Below, piece after piece: positions 36,932 to 49,135 of a DNA stretch of 64,000 nucleotides (position 1 is its first letter; the number at the start of each line of letters is the position of its first letter). A model generated the notes under the pieces. The model saw only the letters and a list, made by a program, of their open reading frames with translations. It was not told where the DNA came from and made no database searches. Both the position numbers and the translations under genes were made by a program. Origin of the DNA: Utricularia gibba (Eukaryota > Plantae > Magnoliophyta); the NCBI GenBank assembly GCA_002189035.1, contig NEEC01000025.1, positions 248,001 through 312,000 on the forward strand. The letters are read 5' to 3'.

Positions 36932-37161
36932 CTAAAATCCCGACTTTTTAACTTTTCCTATCTGTGCAAAACATTTACCACAGCTACAATCTAACATCGC
37001 CCCATGTTGGAAAGGAAACTGGGAATTGGGCCATTAAAATTCTGCCTGAATAATGCAAAGTTCTTAATGTGAAAAAGCAACAGATTTCTTAGGCTCCAAT
37101 GATGAACTAATCTGTATCTGTTGACATTTGTATGAGTAAACAGAGTAGGAAACAACTGAGC

Positions 37162-38938
<1,777 letters not shown>

Positions 38939-39398
38939 GCACTGGCCTTTCAACTGCAAGAGGGAGACCTTGGCCAACTAGGGCAGAAAGCTTTAGCCTC
39001 TATTTATTTATTTATTTTTATTCACATTAACTTTATTTTTCTTTTCTTACAGTCAGACGTCGTCGTTTTACTGATCGATAGATGCTCGGTAATGTGTTTT
39101 AATTAATTTTAATAAAGATTTATTTAAAAATATGCGATACTTTATATAAATCTTTATATCTTAATCACTTAAATTGTGAAAAAAAATTACTATAAGACAT
39201 TTTTCAATTTAAAGTTACAATTTTTTTTCATTATAAAACATTAAAATCATATATTAGAAATTTAACTGTTGGTTTCTTCTTACCAAACACTCATGTTAAA
39301 GCACCTGTGAGGTAACATCCTCTGAACCATCTCCCAAGAATCCTCTAAAAATTTAACCTTTTTTACTGTAAACCATCAAGATTGAGATAAACATGCTG

Positions 39399-41075
39399 CT
39401 AACTGACAAATTTTTGATATGCAGAGAATATGGCTGTTTTCTTCTTCTTATTCTTCTTCCCCATTCCGTTGGCAAGCAACCAACGTGGCCCTGAAGATGG
39501 TCTGGTTGTTGAAAGGCATAGTTTTGTTGTACCGAGTTTCATCTTCAAACCCATGGAATCCAGCTCAGTAGTTTTGCTTGTTGGTATGAGCTGATCTTCA
39601 GCTCTGCTGTTCTCTTTAAAGATTTCAGCACTGTGTTCTTGCATAGGTTTCACAGACTCGGCCTTTTCTTCCTTGTGCGCATTAGGCTTCCTTTGCTCTG
39701 TACTTGGACTTGGTGACGCTGGATCAAACAGGTTACAAAGGTGTTGTTGGTCTTCAGTCTTCTCTACTGGAACCAAGCTTTCTGCTAGATCCTGGAGCTC
39801 CATCAGCGTTTCTGTATCGTTTTGAGGTTTGGTGAAGGGCTGTTCTGGACTGTCGTTGAAGTTGAGAAAACCACTGTTGAAAAGCTCATCCTCCTCAAAT
39901 TGCCTTAGGAGGCGTTCTCTTGGCGATTCAGGCTCATTTTCAACAACCAAACAAGGTGAATTGTTGTCCATCTCAAGCATTCTCAAGAATTCACTTGATA
40001 TCGAGTTGGCTGTTTCGCATGAGATTTGTGATTCGCCATCCTCGTCATCATCCTGAAAATCGTGAACAACATGAAGATCGTCCTCTTGGGAATTTAGTCC
40101 TATGTTCTCCAAGTGAGATCCATTTTTTCCCCAACTAACAGCAGGACTTCTGGAGAGATTTTGCTGCTCATGAACAGCACTGGAAGGAAATATATCATTG
40201 TCCAACTCGTTGGTAACAGAGGAATCAAAGCCTGTTATCTCTGGTTCACACTGCTCCAAATTCGACCACGATTCGGGCACAATCTCATGAAGATCCTTGA
40301 TATTTTCCACAGGTTGATCGTGGAAAATCCCTGTGTTTGCAAAATTCTGATGACAGGTTTGAACCTGCGAAATATCATTGCAAGGTGGACTTGTATGATT
40401 ATTTCTTATGATAACGTATCCAAAAGTAATGTGCATTGTTGCACCTCTTGCTTTGCCATTGAGCCTGAAACTAGTCGGCCATTCCCCAGAGATCTTCTCC
40501 CCCTCTAGTCCATCCATTGAAACTGGAAGCAACCTTGTTAGATCAATATGATGCTTTCCCAAATCAAGCTCAAGGGCTTCAGGGACAGAGACATATAGAA
40601 CAACATGTTTTCTCTCATACTTCGCTGAATTATAAGCACCCCTGTTAACATATATTGGACAAGGAAGAGCCAGCTGATCCTCGAACAAAGCAACACCATT
40701 CCAGGCCCTGAATGGCCTCGTCATCATTAATTCACCATCAGAACTCTTCCAATGCACAACTAAGCAGGTATCATCAAAAAAGGCTGGTAACCCCTCTATA
40801 GAGTGAACCTGGAGGGAGAAACAACACTCAAATCTGTAGCTCCGGATGCGTTTAAAGGCCTTGAGACGCTTCCAACTCCAAAACTTTGGCTTCTTAACTA
40901 TGTCAAACTGATCGTTCGAGTTGCTGATCGAATCCTGTGGATTCTTCTTGCTCTGCTTGGCACCAGACAATCTGAAAGACCGAATCCCCTGGACTGGTTT
41001 ACTGATGCTTCCGTAGACATTCACAGCCTTTCCAGCTTCTGCATCCTCGGCCATTTGTCTGCCTGTTGTCTTCAT
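39399..41075 (-). CDS. PMI1-related (PMIR) NT-C2/EEIG1-domain protein, single coding exon, shortened
   Basis: FWSWKRLKAF, FSLQVHSIEGLP, LDLGKHHIDLTRLLP, WPTSFRLNGKARGA, ESPRERLLRQFE and C-terminal SGPRWLLANGMGK. The first in-frame ATG is at 41075. Confidence 0.8.
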   Translation of the reverse strand: MKTTGRQMAEDAEAGKAVNVYGSISKPVQGIRSFRLSGAKQSKKNPQDSISNSNDQFDIVKKPKFWSWKRLKAFKRIRSYRFECCFSLQVHSIEGLPAFFDDTCLVVHWKSSDGELMMTRPFRAWNGVALFEDQLALPCPIYVNRGAYNSAKYERKHVVLYVSVPEALELDLGKHHIDLTRLLPVSMDGLEGEKISGEWPTSFRLNGKARGATMHITFGYVIIRNNHTSPPCNDISQVQTCHQNFANTGIFHDQPVENIKDLHEIVPESWSNLEQCEPEITGFDSSVTNELDNDIFPSSAVHEQQNLSRSPAVSWGKNGSHLENIGLNSQEDDLHVVHDFQDDDEDGESQISCETANSISSEFLRMLEMDNNSPCLVVENEPESPRERLLRQFEEDELFNSGFLNFNDSPEQPFTKPQNDTETLMELQDLAESLVPVEKTEDQQHLCNLFDPASPSPSTEQRKPNAHKEEKAESVKPMQEHSAEIFKENSRAEDQLIPTSKTTELDSMGLKMKLGTTKLCLSTTRPSSGPRWLLANGMGKKNKKKKTAIFSAYQKFVS

Positions 41076-42730
41076 TCGCCCTCTATGCCTGCATGCCAAA
41101 CAAACAAAACGACCATAAAATGAAATGCAATTTCCTTTTCAACTACCACAGCATTCATTCTCCTCACGTGGTTCATTCCAGCAGTGAATCAGTAGTTCTC
41201 CTCATGTGACTCATACCAAAGTGAAAAAGCATGTACTTGCTCATCAATTGTTTGAAACACATTGAAAAAAGGAGATAAAAGAAACAAAATTCCAGATTCA
41301 ATCTACTGCAATTCGGATATCCCATCTATTATATAATTCATTCAACAGTGAATAGAACACTCTAGAAAAGCAAGTTACAATTCTTCTAAAAAAAGAGAAA
41401 TCTTTCATATTCAAATGTCAATGATTCACATTGCACAAAAAGCACTGGTTTCAACATCTACAGTACGAACCAGAGTAATCGAGCTCCAATCAAAGAGTTA
41501 CAAGCATGAGTAACAATACCACACTACACAAAAAGGCGAAATCTTACACACCTACATTCCCAGCGCTTGTTTCATCCTACTTCATGGAGCCTAGAGGTCT
41601 ACCTGAACTGAAGGAGAGTTGATTGCTGTGGTATCCCTCATCTTTGGGACTTTTCCACTTCCGCCCCAATTTTGAATATTCAAACCTGTTAACCGTTAGG
41701 AATCTGCAATTACTCTTCATTCAATTCTTGAAATCCCTAGCCAATATACATATCTTTAACAGCACCTTTTTATATTGATTTTTCAATGACAGTGAAATCA
41801 ACGGGAGCATCCCTGCTGCTATTTTAGGAATATATTCATATCAACAATTCAGTGCTAGAGCCGACAAAAAGCAGCAACCTTGCCGCTGACCCTCTAGTGC
41901 TGGGAAGCAAAACGGGAGCTGGTAAAGACCTAACAAAATGGGTAAGCCATTTCTCATAAAAGACAACTAGATTGAGGGCTCAAGGTGGGAAGTTGAACAA
42001 GCTAGAATTTAGAAAAGAAGGGAACATGGGGCAGATGGAATGAAGGACGAGAAGTAAAGTCAGAGCCATCTCCAAGGGAAAAGTAAACTCTTGTTGTCTA
42101 TTGTATTTTGTTGGTTGCAACATCAAAGAACTGTCATTAGAGGCGGATGTTGCGATTTTACCAGACGGATGTGCCGCCACGGACACAAGCCCGAGCCAGT
42201 GACCTGTGTTCGTAAGCAAGCTCTGTGGGCCTTCCCAATCTTCGTGCGCGTTTCGGACGCTGTCCATGGCGATTGCCTCATTGTAGAAAGCAGAAACCCT
42301 AGCCAGCAGAATGACTGACGGCGACATTCTGCAAATTTCAGAAGTTGTGGGGCTACTTTCGAATATTCTATATTTTATAATATTGCAGGAAATTGTTAGA
42401 AATTGTACGTCGCTGATTATTTTATTGAATAAATAATTGCACTTGTGCCATGTGCTTGAAAATGAAGTTCCAGTTTAAAGGCCCAAATTCTTGCACTGTT
42501 CAGCAAAAGAGCTTTAAGAAAGTGAAAAGATTGTCATGGGAGCCCATGGCGGGCGGAATGGAAGTCAAGTGAAGGATCCTACAGCCTTCCTCTTTTGTTT
42601 CCACGTTCTTATCTCTTCGACCAGCTGCTTTTTTCAGCTGCAAATGTGTGTTGTGTGGGTTCCGCAAACATTCCCTCTCTGTATTTTCATCTCTGAGTAT
42701 CAGTAACTGGAGGAGAAGAAGAAACTGGGT

Positions 42731-44453
42731 ATGCAGAAACGGGGACTGGGGCTTGATTTAAAGCTTGATCTCCCTGCTAATGATGACGCTTCTATATCCA
42801 ACTTCCTGTAAGTTGGAAAATCAAAACATGATCTTTTGCACATTACTGAAGTCCATTGTGTCGTTGTAATTTGGTTTTCTTGAGAGGCTATGCAGGACAG
42901 CATCAGGGACATTTAGACATGATGATTTGTTGGTGAACAGAGATGGGGTTCGCATGATACCTCAGAGTTCACTTGAAACTGTAGGATTTTAGTTTATACA
43001 GCTTCTGAGTTTTGGGATTTTTCAGGAGATGTCAAGGTCTTTTTTTATGCTCTTTTTGGTAACCTCTTTGTGAAGCATTGGTGTTGCCTTTTCGGTGCTG
43101 AAGTTCTTTACTTCCCTCCTGTTTTCATCTTTGGGTGCTGGAGATTTCTGTTGTCATCATCTTTCTTTTGTTTCATTTGTTTCAGCCAGCCTCAACACAT
43201 ACCTCTGATAACCAATTGAGCTTAGCTGACTTTGATTTCATTCGAGTTATTGGTAAGGGAAGTGGTGGAATTGTGCGCTTGGTTCAACACAAAAATACAA
43301 GTCAACTCTTTGCTCTCAAGGTACCTGCAAGTGGTGGACTTGTGTGCACTCGGAGAATGCTGTCCTAATGGAACTTTCAGACTGCTCATATCATCGTTTT
43401 GCAAGTTTTTCTGACCCATCTCAATATTTCCAGGTTATCCAGATGAATGTTGAAGTGTCTGCTCGCAAGCAAATAGCAAAAGAACTGAAGATCAATCTTT
43501 CATCTCACTCCCCATATGTGGTTGTTTGCTACCAGTGTTTCTATGACAATGGGGCAATCTCCATTATCTTGGAGTATATGGATGGAGGATCTTTAGCTGA
43601 TTTCATGAAGAATGTAAATCGGATTCCGGAACCATATCTTGCTGCGATTTGTAAACAGGTTCTCAAAGGCCTTTGGTATCTTCATCATGAGAAGCACATC
43701 ATACACAGAGACTTGAAACCTTCAAATTTGCTGATAAACCACAGAGGTGAAGTCAAGATCACCGATTTTGGTGTTAGTACAATACTGGCGAGTACTTCTG
43801 ATCTTGCAGATACTTTTGTTGGCACATACAGTTATATGTCCGTAAGTGTAACTTGATTGTCCAAATTTAGATCCATGGGACAACAAGACCATCCTTTGAT
43901 ATTCTTCTCTTGCCCCCCCCCCCCCCCCCTTACAGCCTGAGAGAATCAACGGAAAGACCCATGGCTACAAAAGTGACATCTGGAGCCTTGGTTTGGTGAT
44001 CCTTGAGTTTGCAATGGGGCATTTTCCTTATGCCCCACCTCGTCCAGAGGGCTGGGAAAGTGTATACGAGCTGATGAGCACAATCATCGAAGCCCCAGCA
44101 CCTGCTGCGCCATCAGATGAATTTTCTCCTGAGTTCTGTTCCTTCATTTCTGCTTGGTAATGTTCTGAATGTGAACTCCCTCTTGGCATCAATAGTTTCA
44201 TGTTCAAACCATGCTCGCTAATGTTTCTAAGTCTTTTGCTTCAACAGCGTGCAAAAGGATCAGAAGGATCGGATGTCGACTAATGAACTTATGGTAAGCC
44301 GAAAATTCTTAACCAGCAACACATGGGATTTTCTGCATCAAATTCATGAGATTATTCTTGTGTTCTTTTTTCCAGGCACATCCCTTTATTTCCAAGTATG
44401 ATGATGCTGATGTTGATCTTGGAATTTACTTCACCAGCATTGTAACTCGTTAA
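42731..44453 (+). CDS. MKK2: group A MAP kinase kinase (MKK1/MKK2 type)
   Basis: D-site-like [29 protein letters not shown], activation loop TSDLADT (S/T-X5-S/T), [13 protein letters not shown]. Confidence 0.93.
43913..43929. repeat. C17 homopolymer in MKK intron
   Basis: Read directly, a few bases upstream of the TACAG acceptor. Confidence 0.8.
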
Positions 44454-45731
44454 CCACACTGTAGACTCGAATCTGCAGCACTTTGTATCTACTTACTGTT
44501 CATTGAGTAAATTGTGTGTTTTTCCTTCTTCTCTATCTTTTGAGCATGATCATAAAAGCAGTTTTGCTCCATTGGAAACATTAGCATGTATCCGCACGCG
44601 GAAAATGCTCATCAAAATAACATCAATTGGCTTAGTCGCTCTGGAAGCAAATGGTACAAAGCTAAATATGAAAAGAAACCAGAGAAACCTGGGAATGCTG
44701 TAACTGCTGCAATGTTTGAAGTAAATGAAAGGGAGAAGCAGCTAACGAGCCCTGCTCTGAGCTGGCCTCCAACTGCATCACTTGCTTTCAATATCATAGA
44801 GATCAGTTCTAATCATCTTCATAAGGAAAAACACTGACAAGAGTTTGAGAAAGCTGAGGAACGCCGTAGAATCTAATGGAACATATGCCAACCAAAGTAA
44901 CAAAAATGGAGACAACACAACAGCTGAGTGCACAATAAGATGAAGACTTCAACAGAGATTGCATCCTCAAAACAAGAAACACAGAAATTTTGATGGAACA
45001 GCCCCAGGGGCGTCGGCCCATCTCAGATTAGAACAACCAAAACCGTGAAGGCAAGAACAAACAATTTCGTATTATATAAAAAGTTACAGGAATTAATACA
45101 AACAGTATGTGGGCAAAAGGATACACCAAGTAAAACCCATGAGCGAAGGCTCCAGCCAAGACCCCAATAAACAGTCGATCCCTCAAAACCGGTTTGTGCC
45201 GTAGAGAAATCCTGACTATCGAAGCCGACGATCAAAGAAAAATCACATCAATTCCGATCCTTTCAAAAACGCAAAAAAAAAAAAAAAAAATCTTACTCAA
45301 GGGAAGAACAGGAGCATAAATCAGGGGCACCAAAAACTTGAATGGCGGACCTCTCTTTTGCCTTTGCGTCCTAATTAGATCCCTTCGCAATCGTTCAGTT
45401 TCAACCGAAAAACGCAGACAGCAAACGGAGAAAATTCACTTACTCATTTTCCGCCGCCGGAGTCGCCATCAAAATGTCTTTGCGGATGCCGCCGGAGGTA
45501 GTAAACTCGGACCCGGAGATAGTAAGTTATGCCTATTTATTTTGATCAATTTTTTAAGAATTTTTTTTTTCTTATTTACCTCCTCCCAGAAAGCTTTCCC
45601 TCTCTGAGGAAAGGAATTCAGTTCAGGTTACTTGTCTTCCCCGGAGAATTTGATTACTGCAATTAATACTGGCCAAAAAAACGAATTTTGGGAATTTCCA
45701 TTGCAGGTGTACAGTGTTACAAGGCACATAT

Positions 45732-47165
45732 TCACAAGAAACTGGAAGTTCCTGCGTGATCATGGTGCAAGAGTTTCTGGGCAATCTGATCTCTTGTTCT
45801 CAAGGCGATCACGGATCTCACAGGGTTCTCTTCAATCATCTCGTCATCTACAAAACCAGCGTTTGCTGTTTCATAATCCAGTTCATCGTTTCTCATCTCG
45901 CAGATGTTGTGCAATATGCAGCAAGCGCCGATTACCAGAGGCAAGTCCTGAAGTTTCATTTCTGTTCTCCTCTGTAAGCAACGCCATCGCGCCTTCATCC
46001 GCAAGAACGATTCCTTTGCGATCCTCTGGACACCTTCTATTTTCTCGTTATAAGCATGTTGACTCCAGGAAAGGCCATTGTTGGTGTAAGGAACAAGGAG
46101 CCAATCTCTTAGAGCGTGCCCTGAGTTCCCGACAATCCATGACTCCTTCAGAAGACCTCTACTTGCTCCCTGATAAAGAGATGATTTTTCGAGAACTTGA
46201 TCACCGGAAAAGGAACCCGGCCAGCCGACGCTTATGTCCGTGAAAATCCCATTTGGATCAACGACGCCTTGAACCGCAACCGTGTAAGAAGGCTTGCGGT
46301 TTCTCTCGGTGTGGCGTTTGTTGAAGTAGGAACCCACATTGACCTTTGGAGCAATGATCGGGACATGGGCTGTGCACATTGCTCCTGAAACATTTGAGAT
46401 GCCTGAAATGGACTCAAACTTCTTCGTCACCTCCATCATTTTCTGTTCATCGGGCCATTTTAAGAACTTGGGCATCAGAATTGTTCTTATAGCTGTTGAA
46501 ACCTCGAGAACAAGCTTATGGCAGGTTGAGATCCCCAAGCCAAATCGCCTCGAGACTTCCCGGAGAGCCTCACCGGTGGCTAACCTCCATATACAGACGG
46601 CAACGCGTTGCCGAACAGGGATAGCTGATCGGAGCATGGTATCCTTTTTCGTGACAGCAGATTCGAGTTCTTCGCAGATCAGATTAAAAGTTGCTTTGCT
46701 CATTCCAAATCCCTTTTTGAACTCCGAATCCGGAAAAAACTGACTATCAACCTGCTCCCACCACGCTTTCGATCGACTTTTTACCCACACCCGCCGCTGC
46801 GTCGCTCCCCCGCCTCCTCCAGATTCATCGGAGGTGGTCGTCGAAGCATCCTCATCCAATCGGGTCCGCTTAATTGGTGGGGAATCGACCAATCTGGAGA
46901 AATCACCACGCCCCAACTCGCACTGTTCTAGCCTACTCTCACTCTCAACCCCCCCACTTAAACCCAACGAGGGCTGTTCTAGATTCATCTCCAAATTCCC
47001 ATCAAACCCCAACAACGTCGAAAAAAAATCCATCACAGACGCCGAATCTTCCTCAAACCCAGAAAAGGATCGCTTTTTGCTATCGGAATAAGCAACGAAG
47101 CAATCAGGCCCCGTCCAGTTGAACTCATCAAACAAGGAGGAGGAGGAGATTTCCATGGGTGCCAA
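45732..47165 (-). CDS. ALP1-like / HARBI1-type Harbinger transposase-derived protein, intronless
   Basis: 477-aa ORF with RVWVKSRSKAWW, IPVRQRVAVCIWRLATG, SYTVAVQGVVDPNGIFTD, MKARWRCL, GACCILHNICE. No TIRs were seen around it. Confidence 0.9.
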   Translation of the reverse strand: MAPMEISSSSLFDEFNWTGPDCFVAYSDSKKRSFSGFEEDSASVMDFFSTLLGFDGNLEMNLEQPSLGLSGGVESESRLEQCELGRGDFSRLVDSPPIKRTRLDEDASTTTSDESGGGGGATQRRVWVKSRSKAWWEQVDSQFFPDSEFKKGFGMSKATFNLICEELESAVTKKDTMLRSAIPVRQRVAVCIWRLATGEALREVSRRFGLGISTCHKLVLEVSTAIRTILMPKFLKWPDEQKMMEVTKKFESISGISNVSGAMCTAHVPIIAPKVNVGSYFNKRHTERNRKPSYTVAVQGVVDPNGIFTDISVGWPGSFSGDQVLEKSSLYQGASRGLLKESWIVGNSGHALRDWLLVPYTNNGLSWSQHAYNEKIEGVQRIAKESFLRMKARWRCLQRRTEMKLQDLPLVIGACCILHNICEMRNDELDYETANAGFVDDEMIEENPVRSVIALRTRDQIAQKLLHHDHAGTSSFL

Positions 47166-47400
47166 GAAAAGGCAGATGAGAGAAACGTGAGACGGAGTTC
47201 AGTATTTAATAGTCGGAGAAGAAACCATTTCAGGAAACGCGCAAGACCCTACGGAGGAAGATGCTCGGAAGCTTGCGGCGCCGAATTCAGTGGACGAGAC
47301 AGCGACGGACGCACGAGTCTAAAAATTGAATTTTTTTTCCTATTCAACGCGTCGGTTCCACTGGTCAAATCAAAACGAAGGTGGGCGGAACCCTGAAACA

Positions 47401-47421
47401 AATAATAATAATAATAATAAT
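47401..47421. repeat. (AAT)7 microsatellite
   Basis: Read directly from the sequence. Confidence 0.85.
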
Positions 47422-47618
47422 ATTAATATTACGTTACAGGATAAAGTCGAGCCTAAAATAGTCATTACACATATTACAATTAAAAATATAAACATCATTT
47501 GAATAATTCATATAATAGAATGTGTTTTGAAAAACATGATAAGATAAATTAAGAAATTGTTTTACAAATCTCACCTATATTACAAAATATGTCTATCAAA
47601 TAAATATAATATTAATAC

Positions 47619-47638
47619 ATATATATATATATATATAT
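47619..47638. repeat. (AT)10 microsatellite
   Basis: Read directly from the sequence. Confidence 0.85.
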
Positions 47639-48083
47639 TGAAATAAAATAAATATTCATATAATTTGGGTGTTCATCATCACAATTACTGAAGAAAGTAT
47701 AATTTTATATTAAAATAATTACAAATATAAAGTATCAAAATATGACAGGTGTACAGTAAAACACTGCAGCCGCACACAGAAACAAAAACAAGGGGTTTTG
47801 CAAATGCCGTGGGTATTTTGGTCAAACTACAGACAAGTCGTTTGTGGATAAAGTCAAAGTAGCCGAATTTCGTAGGTGTTTGACTTTCGAGGATTTTCGC
47901 TGGACATTTTTAGGGATAACGTACGATTTTTTTTATTCCAGTTTTATTGGTTTTAAAGAATTTTATGTATTAGAAAAATATGGTGACTATGTTTAAAAAT
48001 GAAATACGACGATTAAACGGGAAATAAATATTTAATGAATAAATTTATATTCCTTTTTTTAACATTTTTATTTTGAGTTGTGG

Positions 48084-48630
48084 ATGGGGGGAATCCGAAG
48101 CAGAAGAGGAGGAGGCGCTCCAATGTTGATCTCAAGGTACAGTTTTAGGGTTCTTGTGGGATGGGATTCACGGTGGGGTGATGTGTTTTCAGGGCTGTGC
48201 TTCTGTAAGTGTTGAGGAATTGCAAGTCCAACGCTTTAGCGACTTATGTTATATCTCAGATACAATGCAATTATATATGAGGCGCTTGCTTCTCTGAACG
48301 ACGCAAATGGATTGGAAGGCAGCGCGATTGCTGCCTTTATTTAGGCAGAGGTTTGTTTTTATCTCAGTCTTCAGTGATGATACTGGTTGGCACTTGATAG
48401 TCTCGAACTGAACACAAAAAATGTGTTGTTTTTCCACGACGAGTTGGAGATGTGTTCTTTACCATCGCAAGTGCAGACTCGATTCACCCTCCAAACCATA
48501 GGATGCCACTTCCAGGAGGAGACGATTGAAAACGCTGCAACTTCTGCTGCTTGCAGAATAGTAGAAGCTGAAAACAAATCCTTCGTGGCACGGCTGAAGA
48601 CCAGAACTTGCTTGTTGCATTGTGTTTAGA
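48084..48630 (+). pseudogene. TRB4/TRB5-type single-Myb-histone (telomere repeat binding) pseudogene
   Basis: Fragments in correct order: M-G-NPKQK / EEEAL / RSNVDLK + GT donor (Myb), RYNAIIYEALASLNDANGLEGSAIAAFI-stop (GH1), and ETIENAATSAACRIVEAENKSFVA (coiled coil). It has deletions, frameshifts and a TAG at 48342-48344. Confidence 0.85.
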
Positions 48631-49135
48631 ATGTGTTTAACACCTGCACCCCTGTTAGCCATGCTTTCTTGCAGACGGTTTAGATGACGATCCACCTTGT
48701 ATTCAGTTTACCGTGGCAGGCGTCCACGGAGGCGTTTTGATCTAGGAATAAAAAAGACGCTTTTTAAGCAGCAGCAGCTGGTGGTAGAAGACAGCAGTGT
48801 TGATGTTTCAGAAACGTCCGAATCTTGTGGATGGCGTGTTGTAGAGAGCATTCAAGGGGAGTGTTACTGTAAAAGGGTTTTCTTGCGTTGTTTTGGCACA
48901 TTTGTTACCGGAGTTGGGAAACCCAGTCCCCAGATTCACCATCATGGGTGCAGTTTGATTCAATAGTGCGTAATCCCTTTCCATTCGGGTCTCGTCGCCG
49001 TTCTCGCCCGGGTCAATGACGCGAACCTGCAGTCTGTGATCCGACCCGAATCAAAGCTTCCAGCGTTGTGTAAAAGGCAGATCGGGGGACTTACTGTGAC
49101 TGCGTCTCGTCACAACCTTCGTTCGGAATCGAGAA

